From assembly GCA_030704615.1 (NCBI GenBank), contig CM060731.1:20832001-20896000 (forward strand): a DNA stretch of 64,000 bases. The letters run 5' to 3'. Position numbers and translations under genes: made by a program. Every line of letters begins with the position of its first letter. The stretch's first letter is position 1. Positions 36,601 to 50,983 of the stretch are shown here, in pieces. The DNA comes from Takakia lepidozioides. Its lineage: Eukaryota; Plantae; Bryophyta. Under the pieces are notes generated by a model, which did not search any database, was not told where the DNA came from, and saw nothing but the letters and a program-made list of their open reading frames with translations.

Positions 36601-38112
36601 CTATACTACGAGATCCGTGGGAGTTTCCACTGTTTATTCCGTGGAACCCAATCTCTCACTGAAGTCTTCCACTATGAGGATCAGAAATGCTTGCCATCAT
36701 ACCTGCACGAGGACTTCCCTTAGACAATCACTTGAACAGTAGTTCTTATTCTTGGCTTTGGTTTTGTTTTTCCTCTCTCATGTTTTCTTCCATTTTGTCC
36801 CATAAGCTCTATGAGCTTTCCGCGGACGTTATAAAGCACCATTCATTTCTATTCATTTCTGTGTACCCACTTCACCAGAGGATTTGGCATGTTTGGATTA
36901 TGGTTTTCAATATGTCACAGATTTGATGAGATAGAAACTATCAGACTGACTGAGGGTGTGGGATGAAGGCTGGTATGAAGCTGCGGCAGGGTTGTTCCGT
37001 GAAATGGAGCTTGAGGGTCTCAAGCCTCATGAGGTACTGTTGCCCTAGCTCTCTCTTCCTTCAAGCATTGCCACCATGTAGCATGGGGAAATTATCATCC
37101 TTGGCACGTTTTCCTAGGATTAATGAGACACCTAGATCTGTCCTCCCAAATTTCACGTCTGATTGCCTTCTGTAGGTCATTCTCCCACTGTTAGTCACTC
37201 AGCAAACAAACCAGTGCCTCTAGCAATGAGGCGCCAGCTGGTTATGAGGCTGGGGCTATTCACATGTCGTCACATGTGTCAAAGCAGGTTATAAGCCTTG
37301 GTAGCAGCGAGTTCAGTCTGTTGCTGGGCTATATTGTGCACTATAAAGTCGTTCACTTTTGTTGAGCTGAAGAGGCATTGTTCTATCCCTTCTGTCCTAA
37401 GTTGTCTCTAGTAGCTAACCTTCTTCACTTCAAAATTCACAAGTGTAGCTTTCATTGCCTATGTGACCAGGTGACATACAATAACATGCTTGATGCTTAT
37501 GCGCGAGCGGGGCTGTTTGAAGATGCCAAGGCACTTTTACGAGAGATGAGTGCTAAAGGGCACCCCCCCAATGCTGTCACATATCTCCTGCTTATATCCG
37601 GATATGGGACCCAACATTGTGGAAAAGAAGCTGAAGCTGTCTTGCATTACATGTGCGAACAGGGAGTATACCCGGACATTCGCCACTACAATGGTGTTGT
37701 CGTAGCTTACGGTAGACAGTGGAAGGTTGATGATGCCCAGAGGATATTCTCCGAGATGAAGTCAGCGGGTTTGAGGCCTGACCTTGCATTCTACCGAACC
37801 CTCATGAAAGTTTTCCTTGATCGTGCTTACTTTGAGAAAGGGTTAGCCTTGTATGAGGAGGTGCGTGGGGAATTCAAGTTAGATGGTAATATATATAGTA
37901 TCATTGTTGATTTGTTCATAGGCGCTGGGAAGACCTTAGAGGCTGACCAAATGCGAGCCGAAATGATGAGTAAGGGCTTTCAATACAGAAGTAAAAGAAA
38001 TCTCCCAACTGTAAGGGTTTGGATGCAGTCAGCCCATGCCCCTGTTGCTCAAGCTGTAAAGGTTTGGAGGCGGCCAGACCACATCACTGTTGCTCAATCT
38101 TTAGCAGTTTAA
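30659..38112 (+). CDS. EMB976: P-class pentatricopeptide repeat protein, At5g27270/EMB976-like; exons approx. 30659-31375, 31724-32319, 32558-33269, 33654-33867, 34270-34584, 34870-34974, 35795-35882, 36256-36377, 36969-37033, 37471-38112
   Basis: Tandem 35-aa PPR motifs and a transit-peptide-like N-terminus. The segment LSFRDMCVVLKEQRGWRQAQGFFEWMKIQLPYTPS...EPDEVTCGCMIVAYARW matches At5g27270 as recalled. Splice phases are consistent. Confidence 0.85.
36466..36730 (+). mobile_element. Non-LTR retrotransposon 3' fragment (RTE/RTEX-like C-terminal zinc finger) in a PPR intron
   Basis: RVGSHNLRVETGRW...REDRLCPAC...ETEEHFFYCPLYYEIR motif. Confidence 0.75.
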
Positions 38113-39969
38113 ACATAACTTCAATCTCAGGTTGATGAAGTATTGTATCCTATTTTCTGCAGAACATCATGTGTGAATGTTGTATAGCCATGAGTTAGAT
38201 GAAACCTAACCTAGGAATGACTGCCTGTCAGATCACTGCATAGCTTTCACAAAATCCTCGTATTTATCTCTTCCCTTCTTAGTACAATGAAAAGAAAGTA
38301 GTTCTATGATTGCAGATATGGTTCCAACTTTGATGTGATTTCCCACATATCATCCTCTCTGAACCGTAATCCTGCCATTTTACTATTAGATCCTTGTCCT
38401 TCCCTCTCCTCCAAGATGCAGATTCTGTGCAGGATTTATGACTTCTTATGTCCTTCAATGGTTGCTCCCTTGGAATGAAGAGATGTGGTTGCGAGTCACT
38501 ATTCTGACATAGTTTTGTGTTGGAGTACCAGGCCATCGATTTTAAGATTCTACTGGACGTTCTCTTGCTGTGCTGGGCTTGTTGATGAGCACTGTTGGAT
38601 GGAAATCTCCACTTCACCTACTGACACACAAGCCAAGTTTTATGGGGTTGTGATATGTCTGCAGAAGCCAATATCTACCTTGGGGGGTTCAAATGACACC
38701 CGGTGTCATGAATTTTTATCTTCTTACAGTGCCTAATTGAGAACTATTTTTAGGGCCTAACACTTGCAAAGCTTCAGAGCTTCAGATCTGTTGGACATTT
38801 TTACGGTGTAGCTCCTTTGCACTCAAAGATGAAGAAACTTTATCTTTTTATCTATCCCAGTGTGAGAAGCCATTAACTATCTACCCCAGGAATAGAGCCC
38901 ACCCCCGAAAGGGAGCAGAACCGCAAGGGGAATAGGATCTTATTCACGCTAACTTGGGTCGGCTCGGTTGGCGTTGTGTGCGTCTCTCTCTCTACCACTG
39001 GTCAACCAACCTAAGGGGATGGATGAAAAGATTCACCAATGGATGACTGACCTATCCCAGGCTGAGCCCCATGTCTGACAGATTATTATATGGGAGTTGT
39101 TTTTCAAATAACCCCTGCAGAGGTGAAGAGGTGGATGTGAATTAGTGCTGTCGCAGAGCGCCACATCAAATGGAAGACCTAGCTGAAATTCTGATTCGTC
39201 CTTTTGTGTTCTCTACTCTCTTTGTTGGCTCCTCTTTAGAATATTAAAGAGGAGACTAGGCATGTGTGTCAAAAATCGCTAGCACTTGTTCCTCCTCTTG
39301 TGTGGCCTCGTCGTAATGAGGCTGGTCAGACGATGGGGCCCGCCATCTCATTAATATAGGAGCAAACTACCTTCATGCGTAGAGGATTTAGAATTTTTTT
39401 GGCATATGAAATTTACAACTACCTCCATGCAGGTAGTTTTAGGATTTTCTATATGAAGGTAGTTGCAAAACCAAGCTGAAACTACGTGCATGAGAGTAGT
39501 TACATACCACCTCCATGAAGGTAGTTGTAGGCGGCGCCTACCACCGGAACCACGTTCAGGGAATGGAACCCCAGTCCTGCATCGCCACATCACCACCGAT
39601 ATGTAAGAGAAACAGGGGGATAGGGATCGTTTAAATGTAGCGGGCCCGGCTGTCAAGTCCTTGTCCCCTCTGCACCATGCGGCCTCGTTACAACTAGGCC
39701 ACACAAAATTCAGAGGCCTCCCTTTCTATGGAAACTACTTCCCTGATGAGCCTTCTTTACCTAACACCTCCCTCAAGTAACATCTCTATCAAGCGGCTAG
39801 TCGCATAATGGCCCTAATTACAAAACTAAAATGCTAGTGTTGGCGGTCCTGATTTTATTGAAATCAAAATAATAAATATTTAAAACATAAAATCGGAACC
39901 ATCAGCACTAACAATAATAACGGTTAATAAATAATTATGATTTGTTTTTAAATTTAGAGAATGAAAATA

Positions 39970-40065
39970 TTGTCATGTAGGCCTCATGGCCTATAAATGA
40001 AAGGGGGTTAATTTATTCCCCTCCTCAAGGGCCTGAATTGGGCTGTCGCTCCTAGGTTTCCTTCC
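39970..40065 (+). mobile_element. 5'-truncated copy of the SINE family
   Basis: tgaaagggggttaattt...cccctcctcaagggcctgaattg...gtcgctcctaggtttcc is shared with the other two copies. Confidence 0.6.
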
Positions 40066-40999
40066 TATATATATATATATATAAATATAATATTTTCACC
40101 TCGCTAAATAAAAATAAATAAATAAATAAAAATGCAAAGAACAAATGCGAAAAGGTAAAATTGAATGTGGAATTGGAGGGATAAATCTCAAGAGAACTGA
40201 ATATACGTAATGGATTTCAATGTGATAAAACTGCATATAATGGAAGTTTTTTTTTTTTTTTTTTTTTTAAGAGAAAGGGGGACAGAGGCTCACCAAGAGA
40301 AAACATCCCTGTGTGGAAGTCATTCTGATAAAACTAAGAGAAAATGAATGGAATAGAACTGAAGGGATAAATCTGAAGGGAACTCACTCACCGAGTTATG
40401 AGTGAATTGGTAACAATGGCATGAGAATCTAGAGTACCGTAGAGGCCACTCTATTTCGACGGACCCTGTTGGAATCATTAAATACATGCAGTTCGGCAGG
40501 CTAAATGACAATATTAATTATTTTATTCAGCTTCATCCAATTTTTCAGGAAATTCGGCAGCCCTTGGTACTTTTCATTAAATTAGGTGGGTCATATCAAG
40601 ATTCACTTACAGTTGACATTCTATGTGGCAAGTCATAATTATGGTTAGCCATAACTTTCTGGCAAGCCATACTCATGGTTAGTGTTAAACATTAATAAGT
40701 CTCAAATTTTGTTTTGTTTTGTTTTTTTGTTTTTCCAAACTTGACGTTTAGGAGTTACCAGCTACCTTTTGTTTTCAAAGTTCATCTTTTTAAATGCAGA
40801 TTATTCTCATATTTCGTCTACTCCCAGGGCAGAATTTTAAAATATTCGTTCTCTCTTAAAGTGAATTAATTAAAGACAAAATAGGCGACCTCTACGGTAT
40901 ACTGAAAAATGGTTATTTATGGGGAAGATATGATCCTAATAGGTAGGTATTAACGTATTAACAAGAGAAGGAACATTAGGAGAAAACAATTCATGCATG

Positions 41000-41950
41000 G
41001 TCTCTCCTTAGGGATGAGCGTTACTGTGAATGGGGCTGGTTTCATGTTATTAAGACCAAGCTTCTGCCTTAATTGGTCTGTCATGATATTCACTCGCGAG
41101 CCTCCATCTATCAGTACATCAGTCAACTATGTGCGTCCAATTTTCAATTGGATCACTGGCATGGAGTCATCAAAGTCCATGATAGCTTCTCGCCCTTCAG
41201 GCTTCACATTATAGCTTGTCACCTTGCTACACAGGTCTGTACTTTCTGTTACACGAGCAATCTGATTGATTGCTTGATACAGCATATGTCTACAGTGGGG
41301 CGTTACAGCCAAATAGCTGCCCAATTGTAATCTTTGCTTTGGATTGGCATATTACTTCAGCTAATGTCCCTTCAGTATTTATCACCTATGAAGCATCATG
41401 CTTCAATGTTCCTTTATCTTCATCTTCTTCATCTCTTTCTTCATCTCATTCTTCAGAGTCTGTTGACTCTGCTATAGGGATATCTGTCTCTTTCTACATT
41501 TCCCTTATAGTTTTTGCCACTTCATTGTGCAGATCCTTCTCTTTCCTCCAGGCTTCATCATCTTCAGGCACATCACTGTTATCCTTACTATCTTCTTCAT
41601 CTTCATCTACATGAGGCAATAACTTAGCCTTACTTCTGGTAACTATCATGGTACTCACTTCTGATACAAAACATGGCATTACCATGTGTGCTGCCACTAC
41701 TGGGCCTTCATTTGCAGGAATTCTCATCTCTTCCTGATGTCTTGTCTAGAAGGAATGAATTTCAAAGTTTATTATGAATGAAGGTAGATTCCACTACTTA
41801 CAAAGAGGAGCCATGCACGACTAGTCGCTTATTCTGTTTCACTTTATGCCCTACCCATACTTTGTCTCTCCTGTTACCCTCGGTTTTCTGTCCTTGGTTC
41901 GGGGTGGTATCCCATTGTAAGCCTTCATGGCCTCACATGGTTATTTTTTC
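41000..41950 (-). mobile_element. Degraded Gypsy gag/protease remnant from a different family
   Basis: MPVIQLKIGRT*LTDVLIDGGSRVNIM...KLGL..MKPAPFTV aspartic protease motif; upstream 'IVTRSKAK' linker. Confidence 0.7.
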
Positions 41951-44900
41951 CATGTCCTTTCAATGCTTTTGAAGAAGGAAAAAATTGAAAAGCAAAAACT
42001 TTATTTGAAGAGGGTGAAACATTTCCTTGCCTTTTTTGGGGCCGGTTGCCTGCTTACTGGGCTGCTAAGGTATATACTTTAACCCTTAATTGCCTACAAG
42101 GTACGAGAAAAACACAATGAAAAAATTGCACCCACGAACAAAAAAAAGAGGATGCCAACACGCTAGCTTTCATCTAGAAAATTGACCATATACAATGCCT
42201 ACGCCTATTGACATTGAAAATGAAGATCTATCGGTCCAAATCGAAACATAGGAGGTTGAGACCAGTGTTGGGCGGGTATTACTTTTTGAAATACTAGCCG
42301 AGTCCTGGTATTGACAAAAAATTATTTTTCAATACCAACCGGTTCCATAGTATTAGAACATTCACTAAATTTTAATATCCGCCGGCTCTCAATAGTAGTA
42401 TGATCTTTTATTTGCGGACGTGTATCCGATATGACATGTATTCCAATTGTAATACCAGGTTATCAACTTAGGTATAAGTACTTAAAATTAAAATAACGGC
42501 CAAATTGTTGATATTCCTTTAGTTTAGATGTTTAGATGCATACTTGATTTCCCAAAGAAATTAAATATTTTGTTGCAATGTTCGAGCAGTTTCGACATTA
42601 CCTATGGCTCTCCCTACGTTGCGGCTCCTCAACGTAGTACGACGCGTCCTTGTTCGCCTTTGTTTTTGGGAGAGGAGACTAACCCCATCATTTTGAAAAA
42701 TATGAAACTCATTGGCAAAAATAAAATAAAATTGGATTGGGAATTTGATCCGTTGTTCAGATTCCTGAAGAAGTCTTGGCCCAAATTAAACATGAATATT
42801 TACGCTTGCAAAGAATCCTCAATCTACATGAGTAGCAGCCTATGGATGAAGACATCGTCATTACGAATACTTCATGAATGCCATCAGAAGGGAGTTTGAG
42901 ACAACCACCAACATGACTTCACTTCAGTGCATACAATTAGAAGACAATTTTTTGAATTCACAACATCAACTATGTGCTATGACTGAAGACTATGCCTCGT
43001 GGAAATGTACCATTCTCCCGATTTTTGATATCAAACAACTTGTTTTCAAGGCAGAAGTATGAGCTGACAATCTCTAAGCATCCTTGCAACTATGGTGTCT
43101 GGTGATAAAGAGGTTGCGCATATTTTGTAAGGGAGAATATCTCATCAACCCACTTTGGCTTGATTTTTTTGTTCGAGGGCTGGGAGCTTTGTTGTTACAT
43201 GCTATTTATTTTTGTACTACTGTTTCGCTAGATTGTCAAGTATCCTACTGTGATTTTTTTCATGGCATGAGTGTTGTGGAAGGAAGAGCTGACAGAGCTA
43301 ATCTAATAGTCCACCCTGCCCGAACGTTCAAGGAATGAATGGATACTGGCACCTTCAACGTGGTTATCGCATAGTAATTGCCCTTTGAACTCAATGCTAA
43401 TGCTTGAATGGGGATCTCATATTGTACATGTGGATTTTTGGTAGAAGACTCCCAGCACATGGTAGTTCTTAACGGCTGATGATTACCAAAGTGATGACTT
43501 TTCATTACTCCGAATCAGCAGCACGAGAGTGTGGTAGTTTGAACACGAATGGACCCCCTGTCTATTGTAATCCCACGGACAGAAGGATGGGCACCAATGG
43601 ATTCAGAGAAACAAGAAGATTAGCCTCGCCCCATTCCGGGTATTGTTAGTATATAAGGCCCATCTCCACCTTGCTTGTTTGGTGTGGTTTTGATGAAATG
43701 CCTAGCACTACGAAATCTTGATTGAGATCGAGCTTTGATAGGCTAATCATATACACATCCATTAGAAGTTGCTGACGTTTACTATGTAAGACATCAAGTT
43801 TGAAGTTCCAATTAATCCTAATCTGGGGAGTGAAGAGGAACGCATAGGTACTTCCAATGACTTTACATCGCCAAAGATTGAACCTCAGTCCACAAACCCG
43901 AGAGTGTCTCCCACTGTGGGACAAGTCCTTGATGGTGTTAATCCTATGAGACTTAAACTGGGTGTGGCCTAATCAACACTACCTGCTTATAATGAGGGTA
44001 TCCGTGGTTGAGTGAGGTCTTGGAAATCTTGGCCAAATGGCCGTCCTTACTAAAAACCTCATGAATCAAGCCATTGCGATGGATGATGCTTAGACGCTGG
44101 TTGCGGTAGATTAATCAATTTAATTAACTCTACGGATTCGTTCTCGGGGAAAGCATCCAAACAACCCCAAAGAAAGCTATATCATAATCAGATTGATCCT
44201 AATCTATATATTAATAACTTCTTCATCACCTCTATTTCCTTTCTAATTCTTCTACTCTAATCTTGTTACCAAAATTTCTATCTCACTCTTCAAAAAATAC
44301 AGACTATCCATCAAATATTCTATGTTAATATCCAGACCAACTCACGTCTCCACTAATCCCATATATAAATATATATGACAATGTATACTCTCAACATGTA
44401 ACACATTCAAGTATGTTGTTTATTTTTACAGCAGAAGAAAGAACGTGTCCGACATGATAGATGCATCATTCCGACGATTTTGGCGGGAACCGACATACAA
44501 CGCATTTTCATGTTGTTTTGCGTGTCGTAAAATGGGCGATCTCTTGTAGTGTAATGAACTGGCAAATTCTAGATCCAATCAGTAAGATGATGAGTTTAGC
44601 AGCTCTTTGCGAAAATAGTGATGATGGTCTGCTATCATTGCGATAGTCTCTACATCACTACTAGGAAGCTTGCGGCACCATTGTTCCAATGCGTTGAAGG
44701 GTGGATTGGAACTCCAGGACCATTCGCGTCTCCACACAACTGGAAAAAGCGGGACACCACATAAGCGAGTAAGCGTGCCCCGTATCTGAGAATAACTGAT
44801 ATGATGGGAACTGACACATACCATCATGTGAACCCATCACATTATAGCGCCTTGATTTCGAAGTCAACGGTCAGAGACATGAGAGGATAGGACAGAACTT

Positions 44901-46899
44901 ACATTCCATCGTGGGGCGCGCTGAGCTCAACTCTATCTATCATCTTCCTCCTCGTCCTCGCGTGGTCGCTGCGAGCAATCTATGGCGGAACCCGAAATCA
45001 AGGAGTGTTGTATCTGTTTCGACGAAAATTCGCCGGAGCCGCTCGACAACCTTTGCGGGTGCAGGGTAAGTAAGTTGGTTGTCACTTTGTGTTGTAAGCT
45101 TGAGATTGTTGTGTTGGAAATGTATATCATAGACATTTGAGGAAGTTTGTGAATAGGTAGGCCTTCATCACTTCTATTCAGGTGTGTTCTCATAGTGGCA
45201 AGGTTCTTGGACTCGTGTGTCACCGAAACAATTGTAACATGCAATCTTTAATTTTACGGATTTTCGAGAGCCTCTTACAGTCGTGTTACTAATATTGATA
45301 TGCTACATACACGGAGAGATGAGTTCTTCATGGGATGGGAAAGAAGAAAATACAAGATATGTGCCACGAGCAGGTGGATGCTAGCGACATTCAACCATAG
45401 CCTCGTGGTCTTTCCATATTGTGATAGCTGACAGTAATCGAGAGCTCATTATAGTTTAAGTCGTCTTCATGAGATGATTCAAAAGTTTAGCCGACTCTTT
45501 CTAAGTGAGCCGCCAGTTTAGTCTTGAAAGAAACATACTTTACATAAAATTGAAGTTGTCATGTTATTGATTGTGCTTCGGCGATTTGGTCTAAGTACTG
45601 CAATCACGTAACGAGTCTTCAAACCACATCCAAACCTACGCATCGGTCAAAATAGGTTGGAAAACACACTCCAAGTATTTGCCAACTGATAGGCAATGGC
45701 CTCTGGTTAGATTCATTGACCACCTCATGAAGAGTCTCGTGAAAACCATGAACTCCATCGATAGTTGATGAGCAACCACAATCTCTTTATGCTCAAATTT
45801 CTAAACTCGGTAGGCATATAGTATGGAACTGTTTATAAAAAAAATCATCAACCGAACAAGGTCACAAATTGCATAACAAGCTTCATGAAGTTTTGCCAAG
45901 GCATTTTTTCCAGGGCTGCCATACATTGCAAACACAAAAGAACGTGATATGGTCGGACTTCAAACCTTCCCATGTCATTTGCTCGTATGTCTTCCAAACA
46001 AGTTCTTACCATATACACTTATGCTTGTTAAATCCTCCATCATAATATTCTTGTAATCAAACCCTAAACTTGGCGTGCATCGACAATGTTTCCGATCACT
46101 CCTACACTCCATATCACACACCTCATTTCACACTTAACAACACCCTCTCTTTCACTTCACACTTAGCAACGTCCGTCTTTTTCACTTCCCCACCTCTGTA
46201 TATCTTCTAATCATAACATGCCACAACAAATTTTAAATTTCAAAATTTATAAGGTTTTGAATCTTCATTGCTGAATATTACACGTAATCATGTAATCAAA
46301 ATATTTCATAAATGCTAGTTGCACAACGAATGATTAAAATGAGTTTTATTTTTTTGCCTAATTATGAAACACATAATAAAAATTTAAACTAAATAAAAAT
46401 ATAAATGTGTAGTCGCAACTCAAGTAACTAAAACAACTCATAATTTCTGTAATTTTTAATTGTTTTTGTCGAATATTTGAAGAAATGACAAAAAATCGGT
46501 GCCAAATCCGGAGTCGTGCACCCGACTTCTTTCGATGCCAGCGTGACAAAAATTTGTATGTTGTAACTCGTAGTCACAAGATGAGTGCTTTTGGACATCC
46601 AGTCGCATAGAGACCGGTCCAAATAGACATGATTCCTACTAGTGTTTGGTGGGTGGTGTCCCATCCTTGTCATAAGCTGTGTACTTCCTTGGCACTGCAA
46701 CCTCTTTCTGTGGTAAGATGTGTGAAATATATTTTTGTCATCCTAATATTTGAGAGTACAGCTCTCACCTGTAATCCATCTTCCTTTATCAGTCAAAGCA
46801 TTCAAGTCACACAAAAGACCCTAGAGAATACACTTGAATTTAACATGTAACTATTTTTGGAAACTTTTGCTTTGTCACTTTGGCAAATACCAGCACATA

Positions 46900-47110
46900 T
46901 AGTGTGTCGCCCTGGTGGTTCGGGGTTCAAACCCGCTGCCCTGCCTGGTGTGTGGATTGTTCGTGACCGGTTGGTCTGGTGGTGACGTTTCCCACCTGTG
47001 TGCCTAATGGCTTATCTGAAAGGGGGTTAATTTTCCCCCCTCCTCCAGGGCCTGAATTGTGAGCAGTCGCTCCCAGGTTTTCTTTAACCAAAAAAAAAGA
47101 AAAGAAAAAA
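46900..47110 (+). mobile_element. tRNA-derived SINE
   Basis: B-box ggttcaaaccc, shared body, A-rich tail. Confidence 0.72.
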
Positions 47111-48059
47111 CCATACCCCTTGCTGATGGCCGATGGCAGATATAGAAAAAATAACGGATCCACCAAAACATTGAAATACGAAACATGTTGAATTTGAAAC
47201 AAACTGTTCAATTTAATATTATACAAGAATTCGCAGATGAAATAATTTAAACCTAACATCAGAAACATACCTGGAAAAATAAAGAAGACGAGTAGGAACA
47301 ATGAGATTCATTTAGTGCAAGAGCCCCTTCCATGCAGCACTTGTGCTGCCTCTAGCCCTAGTTTACAATCCCTTTCGCGGCCAACACCATCAATATCATT
47401 TTTCCAGCACATGCTGATTGTGCTTCACCCTCTAATCTCTATCAACTTTTTACTTTTACTTTTACTTTTTATAAGGAACAGGGGATAGAGGCCCTGATAA
47501 TTTTATTAATAAAGTAAGGAAAAAATAACCTTACAAAGCCATGAAGGCTGAGAAACGAGACACTGCTCCGAGCCAAAAGTTTGGAAGAATGTCGTAAGGA
47601 GAAGAGCTGTAGAAAGCACCGGCCAATATTTGCGGGCCTAAGTTAAGACATTAATAAGTCTGAGTGAACCCCAAACAACACTTTCTGCAAACAAGGAGCA
47701 GATTTTGTTTCTTCCAAATTCTTATTGCCTCAAATAAAATAGAAGTACCCTTCACAAAACACTATTGAACTAGTTATTCCATCTCAAGTTACAAAAGATT
47801 GTGGAAAATTTGCAGGGGGCTAAGTTATGTGTTCACCAGACAAACGTTGCAGGCCTCGCGACCTTACCATTCCAAGGTCTACGTACATCAATGGTGTCTT
47901 GTCCATAGAATCTGGACTACTGCTATAGAAGCTGCTTTCTACGCTTCGTTGTCTACTTATTAGCTTACCACACGAAGCCCTTTGACATGTTTAGTCCAGA
48001 TGAGGTTGAAGAGACTCTCGGCTGTTCATTTAAGCATCTGAGAAGACAATACACTTGTT

Positions 48060-48650
48060 CAGAAAAACTGTGGTAACAACCGGTGATAGTCACAATGCTG
48101 TTGGGGGATAATCACACAATGAGGGAATCCTTCTTGTCTGTAGGATGCATGGGTACCGGTAAACACTTGGCATCCATCTTTTGAAACTCCAGAAGAAGGA
48201 CGTCTGCCTGCTCCATTGACTCCCGAGCCAACTCCACAGCTACCAGGTCCACGTCTTGCAGATGCAGATGGAACGGTGGACAAAGTACTGCTATTGACGG
48301 CTACACCCATGTTTCCGGGTGTGCCCATGTCAGGGTTGCCCCTTAATATGACCCTGCTGGGGTTCTGGCCGCATGCAAGGGTGTGGAGAACAAGGGCATC
48401 TTGGGGTGCGATGCAGGCCACTTCTCTTTTGCTTTCTCCAGGTCCATTTCTGATCCACTCTCTGGGAGTAGTGGGTTTTTTGAAGTGAGCCAGTTCACTT
48501 TGATGTTGGTAGCATATTTAACCCCTAAAGGACTAGAGGTGTTTTTGGGTTTTTGGACAATTCCGGTCACACGTCATCGGCTACCTGCCCACCAACGTTC
48601 ATCCATGTGGATGAACAGTACAAACTGCTTCCTACCTACCAGATGCACAA
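48060..48650 (-). mobile_element. Possible Mutator-like transposase N-terminal remnant
   Basis: SKDGCQVF...FPHCVII..QQHCDYH weakly resembles a GC-x-F...H-x-H zinc DNA-binding domain; frameshifted. Confidence 0.3.
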
Positions 48651-50569
48651 GCCCCCCAAATTTAGGGAGATTCCACCGTGTAGTTTGGGAGACTATAACA
48701 TTTGAAGACGGTGCATTTTTTTGAAAATGGAAAAAACAAAGAAAAAGTTCATGTTTGACCAAGCAAATTATCCATGATCCCAAATTTTCCTGGGAGAAAA
48801 AGTGCTATATTCCTGTGAAGTGCACAATCCCAAACCCTCACACCAAATTTCACCCCAATCTGCCAAAATGAAAGGGGGGGGTGCTTTGTATGTGACTGGA
48901 ATGGGGGTCCAAAAAGAGAATTTGCAAAGAAAATGGTATAGGCCCAATTGGGACCCCAAATTCTCCTTCATTTGGGAATTCCAAGGGTCAATCCCTCATA
49001 GGCCAAGAACTACACAAGCCTGCCCAAGAATTTCCCAAAAATTCCCTAAATTGCATTTGGGATGTGGGATTTTGTGAAATTTCCGGCCTCCTCCAGGTCA
49101 AGCAATCGATGGCCGGAATTTCGCCTGAATCCGGCGACGTTTTCCGGGCCATGTCGAGGTTCCCCATTATTTGCCAGGGCCAGCTCATTCGAGCCGTCCC
49201 CGTGTTCCTCGGCGTTTTGGGGAGGGCCTCACAAGCCCCCGACTCCGACCCTTGCATGCCCCCCTCAGCAAAATCCCACCCGCGTGGCCGCTGCCACCTG
49301 CCATGTCGACGGTCAACTGCAGTGCCCCCCCTCCACCCAAAATCCAGTAATTTCCAAACTTCAAAATATTCCTGACGGCGGAGTTTTTCTTTGTTGGGGG
49401 CACCATAAAGACATGCGTGTGCAGCTCGTTCCGCGCTACATTTTTCGTTCAAGCCGCTCGTTCATCGGACTTCATCCGTGCATGCTACGGATGGATGAAA
49501 AATCGGGCCGATCCGATTCGGGTCGGCTCGTCGTTTAGGGGTTAATCAACCTTTTTGAAATATCGTTTAAGTTACTTTCTCTGTTCAGGGGCGCATATAT
49601 TATATTTGTAGTATCACGCCAGATATCACAGTCAGCCCTTCTGGAGCCTTACAAGTTAGTTCTGTATAATTTCTTGTACTGATTTATAAGATTTCTTGCA
49701 TGTGCAAGGGTTGGTCCCATAAGGTTCAGTAGAACTTGATATGGTGTGTGGATATGAGACTCTTGGAAGACCACTTGTGGATACAGTCGAAGTTATAAAA
49801 TTGACCTTCCAGCCCCTTGCATGTGGAGAAGGGCTTCCCCCATTCTTTTGGAGAATGGAGACTCAGACTGCACAATGCTTTTCGCATCTGTCAAGGTGGT
49901 ATAGGGAGAGCTGAAAAGCCCAAGTTCTGCATAGTGGCAAGTGATTTGTCATGCATTGGGGAAGCCCATTTAACGGGGATACCAGTACAAAATTGCTGGT
50001 TCAATCTTGCCCTCGACTTGGAATTACTGAGGTAGCAGGGGGTGGTTGCTGTGTTCACACAGCTCTTCATCTTCCAGTGGGCCAATGCCATTGTCTGTAG
50101 CCAGGCACCAACACAGAGTTTCATCTTGCTCCTCCTTGCCTCACCTCCTAGCATCACCGGATGCTTTGCCACCTCCTAATGGTATCTCAGGATTGATGCC
50201 AAGTATGCAAGCAACAGCACCAGGTGGAAGCAACATTGCATGCTTGGGAAGTGAAGAAGAGATCGCAGTGGACTGAAGCTATGGATCAGGAGGAGGGAGG
50301 GGGCACCAGTAACATTCTCATCACATGTAACAGTTTTTTTGTATGTCTACCTACCCTCCCGAGGACAAAAGATCATAAAATGTGTGCAAACTGCAAACGC
50401 CCGTGTATGACATGACTGTTTGGTGTCACTTCACAACATTCGTGTGCGTCGAGCTAAGATTGCAAGCTCTCGAGCTCAGATCCTTGAAGACCCACCAACG
50501 CCTTTCAGCAGTATTTGCGAGTCTAGATATTGCAATGTGGAAGCAGATGGTGTCGAACCCTTCAACCGC

Positions 50570-50650
50570 CCGTTACGTTGACGATGCCACGTAATTCAGT
50601 ACGTGGCATACGATAACAGAAATATCGACACAAATCCCCAGCACGTGCCG
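50570..50650 (+). promoter_or_regulatory. Cluster of ABRE/G-box ACGT elements
   Basis: ttacgttg, gccacgta, tacgtggc and cacgtg within about 80 bp upstream of the repeat-protein gene. Confidence 0.55.
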
Positions 50651-50983
50651 GAGAGAGAAGCAGAAGCGCCGCAAACGTTGAAATATGCGAGGGTTTGAGG
50701 AGGAGATCGGTGTAGCGTATCTTCTTGGGACAGAATCCGAAGTCTACGCTGTCTGAGAACGATCAGAGAATGCGAAATTGGAGTTTGTAGAAGGTCGGTG
50801 GTATAGTAATCTTCGAGTTTCTGACGTTCTTGTGCAGGTTGTAGAAGGGATTTGATTTCACTGGAGAGGGGATAGGACGGAGGGAGAGGGAAAGAGGCCT
50901 GATGCCAAGTAGTACTTTGGTAAGGTTCCGAATAAATCGCTCTGTAGACTTCGTATCAATCTTTGGACTCCTTGCGGTATATC

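Noticed and set aside
38880-39020. tRNA gene or second SINE on the minus strand
   Set aside because: An A-box-like start is present, but there is no convincing B-box or cloverleaf.
43600-46100. Protein-coding genes
   Set aside because: Only short stop-riddled frames; at best LINE or PPR debris that cannot be assigned.
49700-50300. Gene, related to 52480-52800
   Set aside because: Shares a short motif (gaccacttgtgga) and looks like decayed LINE ORF1, but is too degraded to call.
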